Assembly (NCBI GenBank): GCA_964016885.1
Contig: OZ024749.1
Location: 22,568,001-22,632,000, forward strand
Direction: 5' to 3'
Source: Eledone cirrhosa
Taxonomy: Eukaryota
Length of the DNA stretch: 64,000 nt
This document shows positions 56,196-64,000 of this stretch, piece by piece (position 1 is the stretch's first letter; each line of letters opens with the position of its first letter). Under the pieces are notes generated by a model that was given only the letters and a program-made list of their open reading frames with translations, had not been told where the DNA came from and did not search any database. Made by a program: the position numbers and the translations under genes.

Positions 56196-56235
<40 letters not shown>

Positions 56236-56378
56236 GTGTATATGTACACACACACACACACATTTACACACACACACACACACAAACACACACACCACAC
56301 GCATATATATATACACACACAAAATATATTTAGGGTATTAGTTCAAAAGATCCCGTAAATAGGTGAAAGCAGCGATAC

Positions 56379-56437
<59 letters not shown>

Positions 56438-56440
56438 GCT

Positions 56441-57062
56441 TACTAGCCAAACTACCCCTCCTTTGGACCGTTCAAGTAGCTTTCGATGTAGCTCATTAAA
56501 CTAAACAAAGTAAATTTGAACACATAGAAGAAAAACGTGCTTTATGTAAACATGAAAACCTTAGGCACTATTCCAGCAAAATAATTTTAGATAAATTTAA
56601 GCATAATATTGTAAAAGTTATGACATCACTTAATGTATGAACATCAAGCTTGAAACGATAACTTATACAATGTCAAATCTATAACTTAACTTAGTAATCT
56701 GTTAGAAATTGCTGGTTGTGAAATATACAAAATGATATTGTTAGTCTCTTTGTTTCAAGTACAAAGAGTAAATTAACTTCCGAATGAGCCGAATTACGAA
56801 AGATAACTCTTGATTACGAAAGATAACTCTTGTCTTAATTAATCACGAAAATTCACACAAATAACCAAAATTTTTTTATTTCTCCAAAGGCGCCAATATC
56901 GATTTTTGAAAGCCTTTGTAGATCATGTACAGGTTTTCTGCAAGGAGATGCTCTGTAAAAAATTTCAAAGAAATCGCATGAATGGTTTAGAATATATGAG
57001 TCCTCATTAAAAATTGTCCACACACACATACACATACATACAGAAAACTACTGATTTATATA
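56441..57062 (+). mobile_element. Probable non-autonomous Helitron/Helentron-like element
   Basis: Starts TACTAG and ends AAATTTCAAAGAAATCG..GGTTTAG..(ACAT)n..TTTATATA, the layout of DINE-1/Lep1-like elements. Confidence 0.42.
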
Positions 57063-57118
57063 TATGCAGATATATATGTATGCATACATACATATATCTA
57101 TATATCTATATATAAACG

Positions 57119-57215
<97 letters not shown>

Positions 57216-57254
57216 TTTTATATATATATACATATATAAATGTATATATAATAT

Positions 57255-57445
57255 TTAATATAGAAATGGATTCTACAGGAATAGAACTGTTTCATTCAGG
57301 AAATCACCAGGAAATGGCTTTCCTAATGATTTTCTGAATGAAACAGCTCTAGTCCTGTACAAGCCATTTGTATATTAAATATTGTATGTACTCTACTCTG
57401 TATTTAGTGCCTGACTTACAGTGGTTACCCCCGATTGAACACGAC
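57255..57445. mobile_element. Fold-back fragment of the 37645 HHR-like family
   Basis: Inverted piece, then AATGGCTT..CTAATGA..GAAA-CAGCTCTAG-TC..AAGCCATT..GTGGTTACCCCCGATTGAA. Confidence 0.55.
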
Positions 57446-58046
57446 AGAATTGTGTGAGTGTGTATGTGAGTGTTTGTGTGTGAGTGTATGTTTGTGTGTA
57501 AGTGTGTGTGTGTGTGAGTGCGTGTGAATGTTATGTGAGTGTGGTATGTGTGAGTGTATGTCAGCGTGTGTGTGTGTGAGTGTATATTTGTGAGTGCGTG
57601 TTGTGTGTGTGAGTGTATGTTTGTGTATAAGTGTGTGTGTGTGTGAGTGCGTGTGTGCGAGTGCGTGTGTATGTGTATGTGAGTGTGTGTATGTGAGTGT
57701 GTGAGTGTGTGTGTGTGTGAGTGTGTTTATTTATTCCGACTCTATATAAATGTCATCAACAACTTTTTGATTTCTTTTGGTTTCCGTATTTCTTTAAAGT
57801 TAACTGTTAAGCTTGTATCTCCTCCTCTCTCGCTTTATCACCCCCACACCCCACCCACACGCACTCACACACACACACACACATTCACACACGCATAAGT
57901 AATCACACATATGACACAATACTCACACATACATGAATATACTTAAAACTGAAACACATGCACACACACACAAATGGTCACACACATACACACACATGCA
58001 CAGATAGTCACAGCTACTTGCATATACTTATACTAAAAGACACACA

Positions 58047-58086
<40 letters not shown>

Positions 58087-58208
58087 TAATGACACACATG
58101 CACAGACACATACGCATACATACATGCATGTACTTGTACCAAATCACACACACAGGCATACTCACTAACAGACACACGCAAACATATACATACATGTGCT
58201 TGTCTTTG

Positions 58209-58240
<32 letters not shown>

Positions 58241-58328
58241 TATATACACACACACATATATATATATATATATAGAGAGACACACAAAGACACACATACA
58301 CATATATGTACATATATATATATATATA

Positions 58329-58646
<318 letters not shown>

Positions 58647-58734
58647 AATAGAGAGCAAGAGAGAGAAATACACGCAAGAAAATATGAAAAGATATTAGTT
58701 AACAGAGGAAGAAACTTAAATATCATTGTAAATA

Positions 58735-58915
58735 CCACCATCATCATCATCACCACCACCATCATCATCATCATCAGCAGCAGCATCACCATCACCTTTG
58801 AGGATGGCAATGATTATAATCTTTATTATATGATGATGATGATGATGACGACCATGATGATGATAATGAAGATGATGATGATGATGACGATGACGCTGAT
58901 GATGATGATGGTGAC

Positions 58916-58968
<53 letters not shown>

Positions 58969-59414
58969 CGATGATGACGATGATGACGATGATGACGATG
59001 TTGATGTTGATGGTGATGATGTTGATAATCATGATATTGATGATGATGATGACAATGATTAAGCTGATGACGAACATGACATGTTTACGATGACAATGAT
59101 TTTAATAACAAATCTTACTATAATGAAGACGGGGATCATGAGGACGGTGATGATGACAAACATTATTATTATTATTATTATGATGATGATGATGATGATG
59201 AAGATGACGACGACGTTGATAACTATGATGATGATGATGTTGGCGATGGCGATGATAATAATGAACTCGATGATGTTAACGCCATGACAGTGATAACAAT
59301 GTATGTATAGCAATAACATCAACAACAACTCCTACCCAAAAACAAAATCACAGACAACAACAACAACAACAACAACAGCATCATCATCAACAACAACAAC
59401 ATCAACAACAACAC

Positions 59415-59445
<31 letters not shown>

Positions 59446-59820
59446 ACAACAAAGAGCTGAAATCAACAACTATCAACAACACAGCCATAGCAACAACATC
59501 AAACACAGACACAACAATAGCAACAACAACACCTACAACAACAAAAACAACAACAAAAAAAAAATAACGACATTGACAAGCACTACAACAACAACAACAA
59601 CAACAACTGCAACAACAACAACTACAACAACAAAAACAACAACAACAATAACATGAATAACAACGAACCCAATAAAAACATCCACCACGCAATAATAATA
59701 CAAATAATACCAGCCACAATATGGCAAGCATGGATAAAGACAGCACGAACGAGCAGTAGCAACAACAACAACAACAACAACACACAGCAGCAACAGCAAA
59801 AACAACAATAACAACAGCAG
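58735..59820. repeat. (CAT)n/(GAT)n/(CAA)n tracts
   Basis: Direct inspection. Confidence 0.95.
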
Positions 59821-59909
59821 ACATTGTAGCTTATTGTCACATGATTAGCAAAACTAAATAGACATTTTTATTGAAAACAGCATAATGTTAATGGCATAGA
59901 TTAATATTA

Positions 59910-59966
<57 letters not shown>

Positions 59967-60172
59967 CATCCATACATACGTATCTACATACATATATACA
60001 TACATACGTATATACATACATATATACATACATATATATACATGTGCATACAAAAATTCACGCATTCATATATTTATACACACACAAATACACGCAGACC
60101 GACTGTCACAAACAGACTTTTATACATGTACATATATATATATATATATAAGCAAATATATATATATATAGA

Positions 60173-60235
<63 letters not shown>

Positions 60236-60268
60236 TATAAACACACACACACACACACATACACACAT

Positions 60269-60320
<52 letters not shown>

Positions 60321-60682
60321 TTATATTCACACATATATGTAGATATACATATATACATATATATGTATATATGTATGTATGCTCTTCTGGTTTTATAATT
60401 TCACACATGTATGTTTATATGTATATATATATACAAATGTCTGCATATATAAGAAGAGCGAATGAATTAACTCTAATAGACCATTGTCACGAATTTAGTG
60501 AAAACATGCTAGACGGGGCAGAGTGAGAAATGTACCGTAAAATGTCTTTAACATATCTTAATTAACAAAAATTTCACATTTTAAATGAAAATAAAATTTA
60601 GTAGCTGTCGCCAAACTTGCCTCAAGCAATATACTTACAAGAAGTTAAGAACTACTCTTATAAAGCACGACTGAAAGAACCA

Positions 60683-60733
60683 TGTATTCCTGACGAGGTT
60701 TAATATGCCGAAACACGCCAAGGACAGAATGCA
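60683..60733 (+). ncRNA. Degenerate hammerhead motif
   Basis: TGTATTC-CTGACGA-GGT..GCC-GAAA-...-GAATGCA; the cleavage triplet lacks U16.1. Confidence 0.5.
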
Positions 60734-61576
60734 CTCTCTATCATCGAACATATGACGTTACGACAGTTTACTTATTCATTAAGTCACGCGACTAAATGTA
60801 AGCATCTAGAGACACTTACACACACACACACACACACATATGTATATATATATACAGGAAAATTAACAAAGAGAGTACAAGACAACAAACGAAAACAAGG
60901 CAAAACGGAAAACAGATTGAAACCTTGAACAATTATTTTTTGAAAATAGAAATACAAACGAAAGACACAGAACTACAGGTTCATTGGCTGTTGAGATGGA
61001 ATTTGGCAGTTTTGACCCTTACTAAGGGTACTGTTGGTCAAATCGGGCTCACAGCTTCTAACACAAGTCAAATCTCTGTCCTATGGAGAATGGACGAGAC
61101 AAACAGCAATTTATAGCTATGACAAGTACACATAGAATTTCTCGTGACAGCAAGGGAGGGATATTTTGCCTCTTATAGCACGAACTCTCGTGAGTGAAAA
61201 GAAGTAAAAAAGAAAAGGAGTGGAAAATGGAAGAAGACGAAGAAAGGAAGATATCGTGTTAAAAGATAGGAGTTATTGAAATTAATGGGGTGAAGAAGAA
61301 CACGTTCGTGACAGATTAGTAATGATAAACTTAGGGAAAACAACATTGAGGACTAGACAACGACCGAAAACAAGGCGAAGCAAAAAACAATTTTTTAAGG
61401 TATAAACCTTATAAAACTATTTTTTGAAAATATAAATACAAAGGAAAGACACAAAACTCTAAGATCATCGGCCGTTGAGATGTACTTTGGCAGTTTCAAC
61501 CCCTACCATGGGTACTGCTGGTTCACCCGTCTGTCACAAGTTAAATCGCTGCCCTGTGAAAAAGTACAACACTTTC

Positions 61577-61663
61577 AAGGGCCTGATGACTATTTTAACA
61601 AATATCGTTCTCACCATCTGTAGCGATGGTTAACATAGGTCTTTGAAACACTAGGTAGCGCTT
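61577..61663 (+). ncRNA. Hammerhead motif with long stem II
   Basis: AAGGGC-CTGATGA-CTAT.TTAAC..ATCGTT/AGCGAT.GTTAA.ATAG..-GAAA-CACTAGG-TA-GCGCTT. Confidence 0.55.
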
Positions 61664-61692
61664 TTGTCCTTGTATGAACATAAATAAATAAT

Positions 61693-61873
61693 ATAATTGT
61701 TTCTGCTTTTGGCACAAGGCCAGCAATTAACCAGTGCATTACTGGTACTTTATTGTATCGACTCCGTAAGGATGAAAGGCAAAGTTAACCTCGACGGGAT
61801 TTGAACTCAGACCGTAAAGAAACGTAACTATGCTGGAAAGCATGGCGTCCGACTCTCTATCGATACTGCCAAT
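61693..61873 (-). mobile_element. SINE family A
   Basis: Matches the consensus on the minus strand. Confidence 0.85.
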
Positions 61874-61980
61874 TCAATATGTGTATGTGTGTGTGTCACG
61901 TGGTATGCTAATGAGGCTAATCTGTCGACAGGTAGTTAAGAAAATACTACATATATACAACTGTTCAATAGACTGGGTAT

Positions 61981-62023
61981 ACAGACCTGATGAAGGGTAA
62001 TGACCTAGAAACATGTTGATTGT
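61981..62023 (+). ncRNA. Minimal hammerhead motif
   Basis: ACAGAC-CTGATGA-A-GGGT-AATG-ACCT-A-GAAA-CATG-TT-GATTGT; palindromic CATG stem III. Confidence 0.6.
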
Positions 62024-62265
62024 TCCCCAAAGCCAGTGTTGAACAAACAAGTGACGATCGGTCACCGGTACGGCACAGCTTCAAATCGGGCTCGTTTGTT
62101 TACAAACGAATCGAACATTATTATCAATGTTCGATATAACCCATACTTACATATGTGTACGTATACATGTGTGTGTATATATGAATATATATACATATAT
62201 ATAAACGTGTGCATACTTACATGCATATATATATATATATATATGAACGTGTGCATACTTACATG

Positions 62266-62321
<56 letters not shown>

Positions 62322-62497
62322 AAAATGTTTGACCCCGACGGCAGAACTGAAGCCGTTTCGACGGGTATTTCTAGTCCATAAATAGCTTGAGCTCTGCCGT
62401 CGGGGTCAAACATTTTCCTATTACCCACTCTACTACCCTAAGTATTGAGTACTCTGGTACGTTATGGTCCATCTGGTGCCTTACCACTCTTCCTTCG

Positions 62498-62584
<87 letters not shown>

Positions 62585-62601
62585 TATATATATATATATA
62601 T

Positions 62602-62666
<65 letters not shown>

Positions 62667-62703
62667 TATATATATCATATATATATATATATATATATAA
62701 TAT

Positions 62704-63812
<1,109 letters not shown>

Positions 63813-64000
63813 CCCATAGTAATAGTTACCTAGACACTTACGACCTTAGCAACCTGTGCCCTACAAGACCAGCAAGAGGCAGACCACCTACCATTACCTC
63901 AATGGCCAAGAAAACCCACACAGATAGATGGAACGGGTGGACCAGAGCCAAACGGACACCCGAAAACCACGATGAACTGAAGAAAATGATTGCACATGCG
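63813..64000 (+). mobile_element. Probable PLE RT-region coding sequence (direct arm), runs off the window
   Basis: Open frame LSNLCPTRPARGRPPTITS..RW..RTPENHDELKKMIAHA starts at the strand-switch junction; resembles an insert seen in some PLE RTs (recognised by eye). Confidence 0.5.

Overview
AT-rich animal genomic DNA dominated by microsatellites ((TA)n, (CA)n, (ATGT)n, trinucleotide tracts). I see no recognisable host gene, and almost all listed ORFs are microsatellite artefacts. The tRNA-derived SINEs resemble octopod cephalopod SINEs (inference). The real coding content is retrotransposon: (i) a head-to-tail stack of R4/Dong-type RT+RLE non-LTR elements at (AAT)n tails (about 10.7-18.15 kb), (ii) a CRE-like RLE 3' fragment inside a 25-bp minisatellite, (iii) Penelope-like (PLE) GIY-YIG/RT fragments and (iv) RTE-derived fragments. 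The main non-coding signal is a dense set of type I hammerhead ribozyme (HHR) motifs, about 20 copies from about 12 sequence families. They sit in elements inserted into (TA)n with a recurrent inverted-arm + direct-arm architecture. The best candidate new system is a non-coding 593-bp unit arrayed as about 1.7 inverted + about 2.1 direct copies (46026-48258). Each unit carries an HHR with a compensatory U3-A8 core (UUGAUAA...GAAA...GUC), which suggests a retrozyme-like or non-autonomous PLE element. Other families carry position-4 core variants (CCGAAGA, CAGAAGA). All ribozyme folds were made by eye and activity is untested.
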